Shown here: piece after piece, positions 8,754-18,430 of the stretch | How the letters are laid out: each line of letters begins with the position of its first letter | Position numbering within the stretch: position 1 is the stretch's first letter | Virus record (IMG/VR): IMGVR_UViG_3300035701_006463 | Source: an uncultured virus (IMG/VR IMGVR_UViG_3300035701_006463) | Taxonomy: Duplodnaviria > Heunggongvirae > Uroviricota > Caudoviricetes | DNA length: 63,132 bases | Reading direction: 5' to 3' (one strand) | Program-made: the position numbers and the translations under genes | The notes under the pieces: generated by a model | Databases searched by the model: none | Told to the model about the DNA's origin: nothing | What the model saw: the letters and a program-made list of their open reading frames with translations, nothing else

Positions 8754-11075
8754 TTGCTTCTTCAGTTTGTTTGCGGCGAATATAATGGAGAATCCGGAAA
8801 CATTGACGTTTGGACCCGAACGGAAACGGGGGAGAAGAGACTAATTCGGATCACCAACTTCGAACCATACATGTACGTTCCAGCCGGTGAACACGTTCCC
8901 GACGAGTCTTGGGTTAAACGTATCGAATCCGGTTATACATTCAAAGACGGCACAGCGGTCAAGAAGATAGTCACTCACGACCCACTACAGGTCAGGGATC
9001 ACAGAGACGAGTTCTCTGCCGCATACGAGTCCGACATACGTTTTGTGCAGAGGATGATGATTGACTCCGGGTTGAAGTCTTGTTTCGAGCTGCTTGGTAG
9101 GAGTAGTATAGTTTCGTGGCGTGACATCAAACCGGTTAATAAGGTTATTCTGCCACTTGTCGTGTACCTTGATATTGAAACACTTTCACGAGGGAGGTTT
9201 CCAAACATCAGGAACCCCGTGCAACCTGTTATCGCCATCACTCTTTGGGACACTTTATATAAAAAGTACCTCACAATTATTGTTGATACCAGATATTCAT
9301 CTGGTACGGTGACAAATAGTGAGCCAGACTGGATGGTAATGCATGTAGCGACACCGAGAGAATTGACGCAGAAGGTGAACGATTATCTTAACCACATAAA
9401 AGGTGACATAATCACTGGATGGAACATCAAGTTCGACATAGACTACATGGAAGCGTGGCTAAAGCGTGAGAATGAGCTTCCGCTTGCGCTTGACGGCTAC
9501 GAGATCTTTGATCTTATTTCTGCTTATAAAAAAGTCAGGCCTAGTTTGGGTAACAGGTTAAAGGATGTGATCGCACGTGAGGGTATAGCTACAGAGGAGG
9601 AGACTGTTGCAAAGGAGTATCACGTTGAACACTACTTAAATCTCTCAAAGCGGGACGAATTCATTCTATACAATAAAAGAGACGTCGAATACTGTGTTAA
9701 ACTAGATCGGGGTTTCACTCATGTCAAAACAAACAAGTGGACAGAGTACGACCTGATAACTAATTTCTGGCAACAGAAGAACTTTGCCGGTCTCTACGAT
9801 CTTCCGTCAACACTATCACATGCACAGAGACACGATGTTCTTTGGCTGAGAAAAGCACATGAGTTGGGTATAGTCCTTCCCTCTCAGCCAAAAGGTGACG
9901 AGGATGAGGCTGAATTGGAGTACGGGGGTGTTGTGTTTGAACCAAAACCAGGCGTACATGAGGACCTGACTATACTGGACATGACAAGGTACTATCCATC
10001 CGTTCTCTTGTCATTCCCAAAGGAGACATCCCCCGATATCTGGGGCAAGATAGGTCCGGGCGTAATAAACGATCTATCTACTGAGAGGGACCACTGGGAT
10101 GCGGAGCTGGCCAAGTATACGCCTGGCACGGACGAGTACAGGGTTACAAAAGTCATCCAGACAATCGTGAAGCACTTCCTCTCTGGTGCGTGGGGGTTCT
10201 TTGCTTACTCACGCAGTCGGATATTTGATAAGAATAAGGGTGATTTTGTGTTGAAGACAGCTGGAGAGGGGCTTCGTCGCCTAAAACAGAAATCTGAGTC
10301 TATAGGTCACGCTGTGACATATGGCGACACAGACGCCATTTTCGCGCGAGCCAAGATGGATGAGGTTCCAAAGCTGGTAGAGGTTCTCAATGCGGAGTTG
10401 GCGGATTGGGCCGATGACATGGGCGTGGAATCTAATCGTTTTCGTATAAAAGAGGACAGGTACGCGAAAAGGACACTTTTTATTCGTGGTGCAACAAAAG
10501 ACATGGGTATCAAGAAGCGGTACGGACAGTGGATAGTACGGGAAGACGACCAACCATGTGACTATACGTTGATAAAGGGCTTCGAATATGTCCGTGGCAA
10601 TACATCGGAAGTCACGAGGCTGGTTCAAAAGAGGGTGCTTGATGCGGCTCTCAAAGTGGGTACAGCTGGGTTATTGGAGTATATCAGAGGAGAAATAGAA
10701 AAGGTTAAAGCCGGCACGTATGATTTGGATATGTGTACCATTCCCGTTAACTTGAGCATGCCGTTTGGTGGCGACATTAAACGTTCCGGTGAGTACTATA
10801 CTGGAGCCATTTACAACAACAACTACATACATGAGGGTATAGTTCCGGGTGATATGGTCAGGTTCTTTAAGGTTAAGTCTTTAAAGGGCCTTCCACCGAC
10901 AGAGTGGTTGTCTTATATTGATAAAACGAGCCTGATTGGTTACGATGTCAAAGTGGATTTGGATTGGGTGATCGAGAGAACTATAAGATCTCCTTTGGAG
11001 AGAATATTGGAGGCCGTTGGCATAAGCTGGGAAAATGTTTTGGGGGCGGAGAATGTAAATGACCTTTTTCGGTGA
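8754..11075 (+). CDS. polB: family B DNA polymerase with 3'-5' exonuclease domain
   Basis: ExoI LDIET, ExoII GWNIKFD, ExoIII YNKRD; polymerase motifs DMTRYYPS, KHFLSGAWG, YGDTDA, KKRY. Confidence 0.93.
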   Translation: MLLQFVCGEYNGESGNIDVWTRTETGEKRLIRITNFEPYMYVPAGEHVPDESWVKRIESGYTFKDGTAVKKIVTHDPLQVRDHRDEFSAAYESDIRFVQRMMIDSGLKSCFELLGRSSIVSWRDIKPVNKVILPLVVYLDIETLSRGRFPNIRNPVQPVIAITLWDTLYKKYLTIIVDTRYSSGTVTNSEPDWMVMHVATPRELTQKVNDYLNHIKGDIITGWNIKFDIDYMEAWLKRENELPLALDGYEIFDLISAYKKVRPSLGNRLKDVIAREGIATEEETVAKEYHVEHYLNLSKRDEFILYNKRDVEYCVKLDRGFTHVKTNKWTEYDLITNFWQQKNFAGLYDLPSTLSHAQRHDVLWLRKAHELGIVLPSQPKGDEDEAELEYGGVVFEPKPGVHEDLTILDMTRYYPSVLLSFPKETSPDIWGKIGPGVINDLSTERDHWDAELAKYTPGTDEYRVTKVIQTIVKHFLSGAWGFFAYSRSRIFDKNKGDFVLKTAGEGLRRLKQKSESIGHAVTYGDTDAIFARAKMDEVPKLVEVLNAELADWADDMGVESNRFRIKEDRYAKRTLFIRGATKDMGIKKRYGQWIVREDDQPCDYTLIKGFEYVRGNTSEVTRLVQKRVLDAALKVGTAGLLEYIRGEIEKVKAGTYDLDMCTIPVNLSMPFGGDIKRSGEYYTGAIYNNNYIHEGIVPGDMVRFFKVKSLKGLPPTEWLSYIDKTSLIGYDVKVDLDWVIERTIRSPLERILEAVGISWENVLGAENVNDLFR

Positions 11076-11307
11076 TATGGTGGGTAGTGGTATAGTAATA
11101 GCTACGGATACAAAGTATGTTTGGGTTTGTCTCAACCCAGAGTGTTCGTGTTTATTTACTAAAGAAGTGAGAGATAATAATCCTGCTTTGGAGGATTGTA
11201 TTTATTGTGATGGCTTGAGATTTATAGAAAAAGGTAGGTTTAAAAACGATTTAGTGGAAGAGTTAGAGTTAAAGGTAAGAGAAGAAGTTAGGGTGGGTGA
11301 GAGTTGA
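11059..11307 (+). CDS. small Zn-ribbon protein
   Basis: CLNPEC and CIYC; start uncertain. Confidence 0.5.
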   Translation: MTFFGDMVGSGIVIATDTKYVWVCLNPECSCLFTKEVRDNNPALEDCIYCDGLRFIEKGRFKNDLVEELELKVREEVRVGES

Positions 11308-11753
11308 TGGTACTTTCCGGCAGGTACATCCTCAAGCTCAAGAGTGGTCGTCATATTAAGGTTAGGTCCGGTGAAATGTACACGTATGACGGGCCAGGAG
11401 ATATAGACATTGGTTGTCAGGAACAGGTGCCACATAGAGGAGAGAAAACTCATACTCATTTTTGGTTTTCATGTGAGAAAAATCCGGAGCTGATTGACGA
11501 TCTCTACTTGTTCGTTAGTTGGTACTATGAGGTTTACCCAAAGAAGACTTCGAAAATGGCTATGGTTATTGGATGGTACTTGTCTGACGATGAGACTGTT
11601 TTTAATGGACCGGATCTGAACTATGAATTGATTGTTGATAGGAAGTTGAGTCAAAAGCTGATAGATGAGGTATTTGATTGGTTGTATGGTGTATTCTTCG
11701 ATCTGGTATTGTGGCGTGGTATGAAGGGTTTGTTTGGTGAGGTGGAGGGGTGA
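11304..11753 (+). CDS. hypothetical protein
   Basis: ORF with overlapping junctions. Confidence 0.55.
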   Translation: MMVLSGRYILKLKSGRHIKVRSGEMYTYDGPGDIDIGCQEQVPHRGEKTHTHFWFSCEKNPELIDDLYLFVSWYYEVYPKKTSKMAMVIGWYLSDDETVFNGPDLNYELIVDRKLSQKLIDEVFDWLYGVFFDLVLWRGMKGLFGEVEG

Positions 11754-12232
11754 AACAGGTGTTCATGAAACACAAGTTATTTACCCTCCTTATGGTTGTT
11801 GTGGTTGTTTCTGTACCAATAATTGTTATATTGAGGATTGAAAGTTCCCACCCCCAAATAGTTGAGAATACACATGATTATAGGGATGTGAAAGTTTCTA
11901 TTTTGAAAATTTCTGTAGTGTGGATAAATCAGACTAATGTTGGTGCTCCATTTTCTTTGATGGATAAAGACTTCAATTTATTATGTGAGAATGTTACGGG
12001 TGTTTCTCCATTTATTTTGAATATGACAGATTTTTGTAAAGATAGTGGATCGTATTATTTGAATGTGACATTTACAGCACATTTCGTGGAAGGTGGTGAC
12101 GAAACTAGGTACACGTATTTCTTGATAAATTACGATAAGATTTCTTATGATACTCTAAACATTACATTGTATATTGGTCCAGCAATTTGGGAGAGAAAGC
12201 CTACAATTGTTTTGGAGTCGATAAGTGGGTGA
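11750..12232 (+). CDS. membrane-anchored or secreted protein
   Basis: N-terminal hydrophobic helix and several N-x-S/T sequons. Confidence 0.55.
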   Translation: MKQVFMKHKLFTLLMVVVVVSVPIIVILRIESSHPQIVENTHDYRDVKVSILKISVVWINQTNVGAPFSLMDKDFNLLCENVTGVSPFILNMTDFCKDSGSYYLNVTFTAHFVEGGDETRYTYFLINYDKISYDTLNITLYIGPAIWERKPTIVLESISG

Positions 12233-12247
12233 AAGTATGAGTAGTGA

Positions 12248-12895
12248 GTGGGTACTTTAAATGGTGGAATGTTTGTGGTAGATAAATTTGGTGATGTGAT
12301 TTTGGATTTATGTTCTGGTACAGGTTCGTGGAGCAAACCATACAGAGAAAATGGATATACAGTTGTTGAGGTTGAAGTTCTAAAAGGGGATGATGTTAGA
12401 CTTTTAGGAAAATTAGAAAAAAATGTTTTTGGAATTCTTTGTGCACCACCATGTCAGCATTTTGCTAGTAGTGGGGCAAGGTGGTGGAAGCAGAAAGGGA
12501 AAGGTGCATTATTAGAGGGCTTGTCGATAGTTGATGCATGTTTAAGGGCAGTAACAATTTACCATCCAACATTTTGGTGTTTGGAAAATCCAGTAGGACG
12601 ACTGTCTTATTTTCTTGGCAAGCCAAGATTTGCTTTCCACCCATACGAGTATGCTGCGTATTCTGATGATCCTAGTAAAGAGGCTTATACAAAGAAGACT
12701 TATCTTTGGGGAAATTTTAACATACCAGTAAAGAGATCAGTTGAACCGGTTTTGGGTAGTTTTATTCATAAGAAGTTGTTTGGATGGAGTAAAACGGAAG
12801 ATGGATTTGGTGCTAGGGCTGTTACTCCACAGGGATTTGCTAGGGCATTTTATTTATATAACAAAAAGGAAACATTGGATGAGTGGTTTATTTGA
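12248..12895 (+). CDS. DNA (cytosine-5)-methyltransferase, compact phage type
   Basis: LDLCSGTGSW (motif I), APPCQHF (catalytic PC), LENPVGRL (motif VI), YTKKTYLWG. Confidence 0.85.
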   Translation: MGTLNGGMFVVDKFGDVILDLCSGTGSWSKPYRENGYTVVEVEVLKGDDVRLLGKLEKNVFGILCAPPCQHFASSGARWWKQKGKGALLEGLSIVDACLRAVTIYHPTFWCLENPVGRLSYFLGKPRFAFHPYEYAAYSDDPSKEAYTKKTYLWGNFNIPVKRSVEPVLGSFIHKKLFGWSKTEDGFGARAVTPQGFARAFYLYNKKETLDEWFI

Positions 12896-12920
12896 GGATT
12901 GTAAAGGGAGGTTATAGACC

Positions 12921-14654
12921 ATGGCTAATATACTGAATTATTTCCCATTCCAATCATTTAGGCCATATCAGAAAGAAGTGTTATTGGAGTTCCAGGAAGC
13001 CATAGACTCGTGGGATTATATCTTTTGTGAAGCACCAACTGGTGCGGGGAAATCTGCTCTTGGCTATACATTGGCTAAGTATTTGTTAGAGGAACAAGGT
13101 GGTCTGTCTCATATAGTGGTGGCTGACAAATTTTTGCAGCGACAATATTTGTCTTCATTTCCTGATATTGTGCAAGTCATGGGCAGAAACAACTTCGAGT
13201 GCTCGCTCCCCATGTTTCAGCTCGACAAATACTTCCGTAAGGACGTTGAACCCGGAAAGGACAGGATAACTTGTGACAGAGCCCCATGTACGCTTAGTAC
13301 CGGATACAAGTGCCCACACAAGCCCAGGCCGCTCATACGGGGTGGGGTGCAAGTTAAGGACCAACATGGTGTCATTTACCAATGGGAGCAGGAGAACCCC
13401 GATGCGGAGTGGTGGGAGGTGGAGCACCCATACTGTCCGTACTGGGTCCAGAAAGACGCGGCTATTCGTTCAAACATCACAATTTCGAACTACGCTTATT
13501 TCTTACATGAGAACACTTACTCTGGGGCTTTTACCAAGAGGCTCTTCGGAGTTCTGGACGAATCGCACTTAGCGGAGTCTTTCTTGATGAATTTTATTCA
13601 AGAGGACGTCACGAGATGGACGCTTAGGCGAGTCTCTAAGCATTTTCCCAGTGAGGGAATAAGTGAAGTTATTCCAGACTATGATAACATTGGAGACTGG
13701 AAGGACTGGTTGGAACATATTTGTGGACTGTTCTCCAATATCTTAGATAAATTTGGTAGTGCCAGTGAGTTGTCCACGGAGATCAGTACTGAGGACTATG
13801 CTGAACTGGACATCAGGGTCCTGATGAAGAATACAGTCGAGCGCTTGACTGTACTGATAGCCGACATAATTGACGACCCAGAAAATTGGGTCTGGATTAG
13901 GGACGAGCGACGGGTGTTATTCAAACCGGTGACGATAGCGAAGTACTCCGGTCGGTTGTTCAACCACATGGAGAAGAAATTGCTGATGTCCGCCACCATT
14001 TTGGACCACGAGATGCTTGGAAGATATTTAGGTGTAGAAAAAGAGGACATTAAATTCATTCGGGTTAGTGAATCAACTTTTCCAATTAAGAATCGTCCGC
14101 TTATTCAAGACTACCAAGGCAAAGCCACCCACAAAACCATGGATGCATATCTATCCAAGATGCTTCAGAGGATAGATGATTATTACATTCCCAACAAGAT
14201 GATGAACAAGGGTGTGGTTCATACGCACTCGCACAAAATAGCCCGGTATATTCTGGCAAACAGTAAGTACAAAAACATGATGGTATCAAACACAGATAAC
14301 GAGGGAAATAGGGATGAAATTTTTCAGGAGTTTTTTGATTCCAAACCGCCGAAGGTTATGGTGAGTTGTAGCATGGACTTGGGGGTGGATTTGTTTGATG
14401 AACGATGCCGATGGCAGCTTATATGCAAAATTCCGTACCCGGACATGAACGACCCACAAATCAAAAAACGTATGGAGCGTGAACCCGATTGGTACGATTA
14501 TAGGACGGTTGTCGACTTGATTCAAACATATGGACGGGCATGCAGATCTGAGACTGATTGGGCTGAGACATATGTGCTTGATAGTATGTTTGCTTGGTTA
14601 GTATCCAAGAACAAGAGTATAATTCCAAAGTGGTTTATGGAGGCGATACGATAG
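12921..14654 (+). CDS. XPD/Rad3/DinG-family SF2 helicase
   Basis: FRPYQ Q-motif, APTGAGKS, GRNNFEC with Fe-S-type Cys, DESH, MSAT, GVDL, KIPYP, QTYGRACR. Confidence 0.92.
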   Translation: MANILNYFPFQSFRPYQKEVLLEFQEAIDSWDYIFCEAPTGAGKSALGYTLAKYLLEEQGGLSHIVVADKFLQRQYLSSFPDIVQVMGRNNFECSLPMFQLDKYFRKDVEPGKDRITCDRAPCTLSTGYKCPHKPRPLIRGGVQVKDQHGVIYQWEQENPDAEWWEVEHPYCPYWVQKDAAIRSNITISNYAYFLHENTYSGAFTKRLFGVLDESHLAESFLMNFIQEDVTRWTLRRVSKHFPSEGISEVIPDYDNIGDWKDWLEHICGLFSNILDKFGSASELSTEISTEDYAELDIRVLMKNTVERLTVLIADIIDDPENWVWIRDERRVLFKPVTIAKYSGRLFNHMEKKLLMSATILDHEMLGRYLGVEKEDIKFIRVSESTFPIKNRPLIQDYQGKATHKTMDAYLSKMLQRIDDYYIPNKMMNKGVVHTHSHKIARYILANSKYKNMMVSNTDNEGNRDEIFQEFFDSKPPKVMVSCSMDLGVDLFDERCRWQLICKIPYPDMNDPQIKKRMEREPDWYDYRTVVDLIQTYGRACRSETDWAETYVLDSMFAWLVSKNKSIIPKWFMEAIR

Positions 14655-14712
14655 ATGTTTAACAAACAATGGTTTAAGGAGGCAGAAAGAGTGTTCAATG
14701 AGGTGAAGTAGG

Positions 14713-15402
14713 TTGATCTTTGTAGACGGTAGAGAGGTTCCTAGTGAGATTTGTGGAATTCTAGATGCTATGCATCTTACCTATACATTAAAGATGTTAC
14801 CAACATGTGACTTCATAATCACAGGTAAGAATGGTGTTGTGGGCATTGAACACAAAGGACCAGTTGATTATATTCAGTCACTTACATCGGGTCGGTTGAA
14901 CAATCAACTGGTTCAAATGTCTCGTACGTTTAAACATTCTGTTGTAATAGTTGATGGTAGCATTAATCAGGCTGCACAAAACTCTGGTGTTCGTAGAAAT
15001 GCGGTATATTCTAGTTTGGTTGGGGCATTCATTAAGCATTCTAAGGATGGAGAAAGTGGTTCAGTGTCACTGATCATGGTTGAGAATAACTGGGATTTGG
15101 CATTGGTACTTCAATACATTCAACAAAAGATGGACGACCCAAGTGGAGTGTATCGTGATCTCGTTCTAGTTGTTCCGCATATTGGTGGTGACATCTACCT
15201 GAGCCAACTTTGCTGCATACCCGGCATTGGCGAGACAACAGGCTTGGAGATAAAGAAGTTTTTCCCCACGATGGAGCTGTTGGTCCGGGCCACTCCTGAT
15301 GAGCTAACGGTATGCAAAGGCGTCGGTAAGACCACGGCAAAAACGATTTACGATGCCTTACGAACAACGGCAAGCGAAACACAACGACCAATAAATTTAT
15401 AA
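14713..15402 (+). CDS. XPF/ERCC4-family nuclease with HhH motifs
   Basis: VDGRE, CDFII, IEHKxxxD, GRLNNQL; HhH hairpins IPGIG and KGVG. Confidence 0.88.
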   Translation: MIFVDGREVPSEICGILDAMHLTYTLKMLPTCDFIITGKNGVVGIEHKGPVDYIQSLTSGRLNNQLVQMSRTFKHSVVIVDGSINQAAQNSGVRRNAVYSSLVGAFIKHSKDGESGSVSLIMVENNWDLALVLQYIQQKMDDPSGVYRDLVLVVPHIGGDIYLSQLCCIPGIGETTGLEIKKFFPTMELLVRATPDELTVCKGVGKTTAKTIYDALRTTASETQRPINL

Positions 15403-15411
15403 ATAATAAAA
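15387..15411 (+). promoter_or_regulatory. repeated BRE/TATA-like promoter motif, copy 1
   Basis: ACCAATAAATTTATAAATAATAAAA, followed by GGTGA RBS and ATG 15436. Confidence 0.8.
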
Positions 15412-15435
15412 TCATACTATGATTAGGTGAGATGA

Positions 15436-15930
15436 ATGGCAGCGGTTTACATGGCAATGAGGAGGAGGCTGAAATGTCAGATGGAAGCTGATTTGGATGT
15501 TAAGGAACTGGGTGAAGAAAAAGGACGAAGTGTGCGTTGTGATCTAGGACTTATGACCAGTTATTCAACAAAAAATAATTTAACGTTTTTATTTAAAATT
15601 CCAAAAAAATTCTGGAACATGACCAAAGGAAGAGAGAGATTGTTGTGGGACTATATGGGGAAGGGCCCGTTTTATCAAGGTGTTCCAATCGAGGATTTAT
15701 TACCATACCTAGACTATTGTACGATATTGGTAATACATATGTCGGACGTTGTAAGTGTAGAATTGCAATTATCCTCTTTATTGGAGAAGTTAAATTTGGT
15801 ATCCGAAAGGTTACCAATCAAGAGTGCTCCAGAAGAGGTATTAGTGATAATAGGTTCACTTAAGAAGTGGGAGGAAGTATCCGAGTCTACGAGACAGATT
15901 ATTAAACAAAAGTTGATACACGACCAATAA
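15436..15930 (+). CDS. hypothetical protein
   Basis: Lies between motif copies 1 and 2; GGTGA RBS. Confidence 0.6.
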   Translation: MAAVYMAMRRRLKCQMEADLDVKELGEEKGRSVRCDLGLMTSYSTKNNLTFLFKIPKKFWNMTKGRERLLWDYMGKGPFYQGVPIEDLLPYLDYCTILVIHMSDVVSVELQLSSLLEKLNLVSERLPIKSAPEEVLVIIGSLKKWEEVSESTRQIIKQKLIHDQ

Positions 15931-15947
15931 ATTTATAAATAATAAAA
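15923..15947 (+). promoter_or_regulatory. repeated promoter motif, copy 2
   Basis: ACCAATAAATTTATAAATAATAAAA. Confidence 0.8.
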
Positions 15948-15970
15948 TTAATTATAGATTGGTGATATAG

Positions 15971-16297
15971 ACGTCCAAAGATGTGTATCTTGTCGATCTC
16001 CGTAACGAGATGTTGTCCGCCCTCCGTGAGCACCCAACAGTTTACCTATACGAGCTTCGTACAGGTAAATTTACCCCCGACAGGCAGCCACTGGTCTACC
16101 CAAACTCTGTTAACATGACATACGGAAAAGTAGCGAAAGCGCTGCAAGGCGAGGGCTTGGTTAAGTTGTGCTTCGATGCCAAGACTGGCTTCAACTACGT
16201 TATCAAGATGCCGGATGACTGTGCTGGATGCAAAACGCTCGGTAGGTGCACAGTAACGCCAAGCACCTGTAAACCGTGGTACAGGCAAAAGGGGTAA
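15971..16297 (+). CDS. hypothetical protein (wHTH-like plus Cys cluster), possible ACG start
   Basis: ORF track starts at 15983; in-frame ACG at 15971 lies 5 nt after GGTGA. Confidence 0.55.
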   Translation, partial: TSKDVYLVDLRNEMLSALREHPTVYLYELRTGKFTPDRQPLVYPNSVNMTYGKVAKALQGEGLVKLCFDAKTGFNYVIKMPDDCAGCKTLGRCTVTPSTCKPWYRQKG

Positions 16298-16477
16298 GGT
16301 ACCCGTGATGATACATTTCTACTTAGGCGGAAAAGAGTTGAAAATGATCCATTTAGATGCTCTACCAACCGAAGGAAGCTTGATAACTATAAACTACAGT
16401 CTGTACAGAATCGTAACGGTGTTAAGTGATCTTAACAGCGAGTCTTATAGGGTCGTAATAGAGGAGGCGAAAGTTTT

Positions 16478-16684
16478 TTGAGTATACCTTGGGGTACAAA
16501 GATCGAGGGCAAGGTCCTGGTCAGGTGCAATAAATGCGACCACGAGTGGTGGTACGAACTCGAAGAGGGTGGTGAGGTGATCTGCGAGAACATAGGTCTG
16601 AAGTGCCCAGGTTGTGGACGCATAACGGGCAACCGTGTGTTAGAGTGGAATCGCACCAACGATCTGAGACAGTGGTTCATTTAA
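16478..16684 (+). CDS. small Zn-ribbon protein
   Basis: CNKC and CPGC; ends LRQWFI. Confidence 0.6.
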   Translation: MSIPWGTKIEGKVLVRCNKCDHEWWYELEEGGEVICENIGLKCPGCGRITGNRVLEWNRTNDLRQWFI

Positions 16685-16776
16685 AAATTGTTAGTTGCCG
16701 AATGAATGAATGTAGAGAATCACCCTCTATCCAAACAACGTTTTTTATAATATATTTAGTGTGTATGGTGGTAGTG

Positions 16777-16801
16777 ACCAAAAAATTTATAAATGATAAA
16801 A
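16777..16801 (+). promoter_or_regulatory. repeated promoter motif, copy 3
   Basis: ACCAAAAAATTTATAAATGATAAAA. Confidence 0.8.
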
Positions 16802-16830
16802 GACATTATACTATTAGGGAGTGATGAGGT

Positions 16831-16992
16831 TTGGAAGGATCGCCTAAAAGATGTGTGAAGTGTGGATGCGTCTACCATACTTCTGGTGCCGGTACCCTCA
16901 GGGACGTGGAGTTCGGTCCCGGTATGTGTGATGCCTGTAAAAAGGCATTTGGATTCAGCGATATTAGAATGAGTGTGTATCACCCGCGGTGA
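16831..16992 (+). CDS. Zn-finger microprotein (53 aa)
   Basis: TTG start; CVKC...CDAC; below the ORF-track length cutoff. Confidence 0.5.
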   Translation: MEGSPKRCVKCGCVYHTSGAGTLRDVEFGPGMCDACKKAFGFSDIRMSVYHPR

Positions 16993-16996
16993 GAAT

Positions 16997-17401
16997 GTGG
17001 GTAGGAGAAGGAAGTCCGAAATTGACAGGATGCGGGATGAATACTCCCGTCGTTGGCTTCTCAAGAAGCGAGCACTCCTTGGGCCATTCCAATGCCCCAA
17101 ATGTTTGACGGACAAGCGCCTAACCTATCGAACCAAGGTTGGTAAGCTCACCGAGACATACATAAACCAGTTCGGCGTCGAGAGGACTAGGACAGTCCCG
17201 AAAACTGAATACTTATTTATTTGTAGTTCTTGTAAATTCACCAAACTCGTTGTGAAGCGTGGCCCACCATCAGTCATAGACGTATACAACAAGCTATACG
17301 ACGAGGAGTTGTCACCAAGGGATGCAGAGGAGCTGCGCAGTCTTGTGCATGATATCGGTGATTTCAGGATCATACATGTCCTAGGACCCGAGAAGAGGTG
17401 A
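16997..17401 (+). CDS. transcription elongation factor Elf1-like protein
   Basis: Basic N-terminus GRRRK, FQCPKC...CSSC zinc ribbon, VIDVYNKLYD helix; GTG start after GGTGA. Confidence 0.7.
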   Translation: MGRRRKSEIDRMRDEYSRRWLLKKRALLGPFQCPKCLTDKRLTYRTKVGKLTETYINQFGVERTRTVPKTEYLFICSSCKFTKLVVKRGPPSVIDVYNKLYDEELSPRDAEELRSLVHDIGDFRIIHVLGPEKR

Positions 17402-17577
17402 GGTTGGTCCTGAGCATTTGTGAGAGCTGTGGCAAGTCCACCGCGTTTTCAGGATACGATCCCAGATCCGGAAAAAGCCTTTGTATAGAATGTTACAATA
17501 GTGCTCTGCTTGAGGATGCACAGGCTTACGACAGAACCGGAAAAATTCCCAAGCCAGCTTAACATAGAGTTGGTGGA

Positions 17578-17865
17578 TTGGTGCAGTACTATACATATAT
17601 ATTATTATGTCGGGGTAACGTACTATACACGGGTCAGACGTCTAACTTGAACAAGAGACTACTCGAGCACTCATCCGGCATGGGCGGTAGATACACCAGA
17701 GGTAGACTCCCCGTTAAGCTATGTTACACAGAGCAGTATGAATCACGAGGTGCCGCCATGCGGCGGGAGCAACAGATCAAGAAGATGTCCCGAAAGAAAA
17801 AGGAGGAACTCCTAATTGGATGGAAAGAAGACATACCAAACTCCACAGTGGAAGAGCAAGTCTAA
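17578..17865 (+). CDS. GIY-YIG nuclease (UPF0213/YhbQ-like)
   Basis: YTYILLC...LYTGQT.NL.KRL.EH..G.GGRYT, A.RRE..IK. Confidence 0.88.
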   Translation: MVQYYTYILLCRGNVLYTGQTSNLNKRLLEHSSGMGGRYTRGRLPVKLCYTEQYESRGAAMRREQQIKKMSRKKKEELLIGWKEDIPNSTVEEQV

Positions 17866-18385
17866 GTCCTATACCGCGGGAAAAGCCTGTGAATGGTGTG
17901 GGCACCACGACGGCGACATCATCATTGTTAAACGTAAGGGGCAGGACAAGGAGATAGTACTGCACCTTGTTCCTCATCACCGAAAAAAGGTTCCTCTAGG
18001 ACTTAGAGTTTATAAGAGCCTCACGACAAAGTACTTTAAGGAGTACTTCGTTGGAGAGTCACATGAGGATGAATGGTACGAGTTACAGGCAGATGCAAGA
18101 GGTTCACTTGTTGCTGGAGCCGAGGACAAAGACATCAAGAAACGCCTCCGTTACATCTGGGAACAGAGGCACCGGGCTGAACTGGACGGACTGTACGGTG
18201 ACTACAAGAAAAAGGCGGAGGAAGAGTACATGACTCTCACCCCGGATAGCACAATTATCCTTTGTAGCCGTTGTCATTATGCGCGGGAGAAGGGGTTGGT
18301 ACTGTGCAAGACTTGTAAGACAAACTATCACAATCCAAGGTACGCGTCGTGTTTTATATGCTCGAAAGTAGGTACCAACCAATAA
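17816..18385 (+). CDS. HNH-like Zn-binding protein with a helical insertion
   Basis: CEWCG...LVPHH, long insert, then LCSRCH and further CxxC pairs. Confidence 0.55.
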   Translation: MDGKKTYQTPQWKSKSKSYTAGKACEWCGHHDGDIIIVKRKGQDKEIVLHLVPHHRKKVPLGLRVYKSLTTKYFKEYFVGESHEDEWYELQADARGSLVAGAEDKDIKKRLRYIWEQRHRAELDGLYGDYKKKAEEEYMTLTPDSTIILCSRCHYAREKGLVLCKTCKTNYHNPRYASCFICSKVGTNQ

Positions 18386-18402
18386 ATTTATAAATGATAA
18401 AA
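18378..18402 (+). promoter_or_regulatory. repeated promoter motif, copy 4
   Basis: ACCAATAAATTTATAAATGATAAAA. Confidence 0.8.
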
Positions 18403-18430
18403 TATATCTTGATATTGAGAGGTTTAAGGG

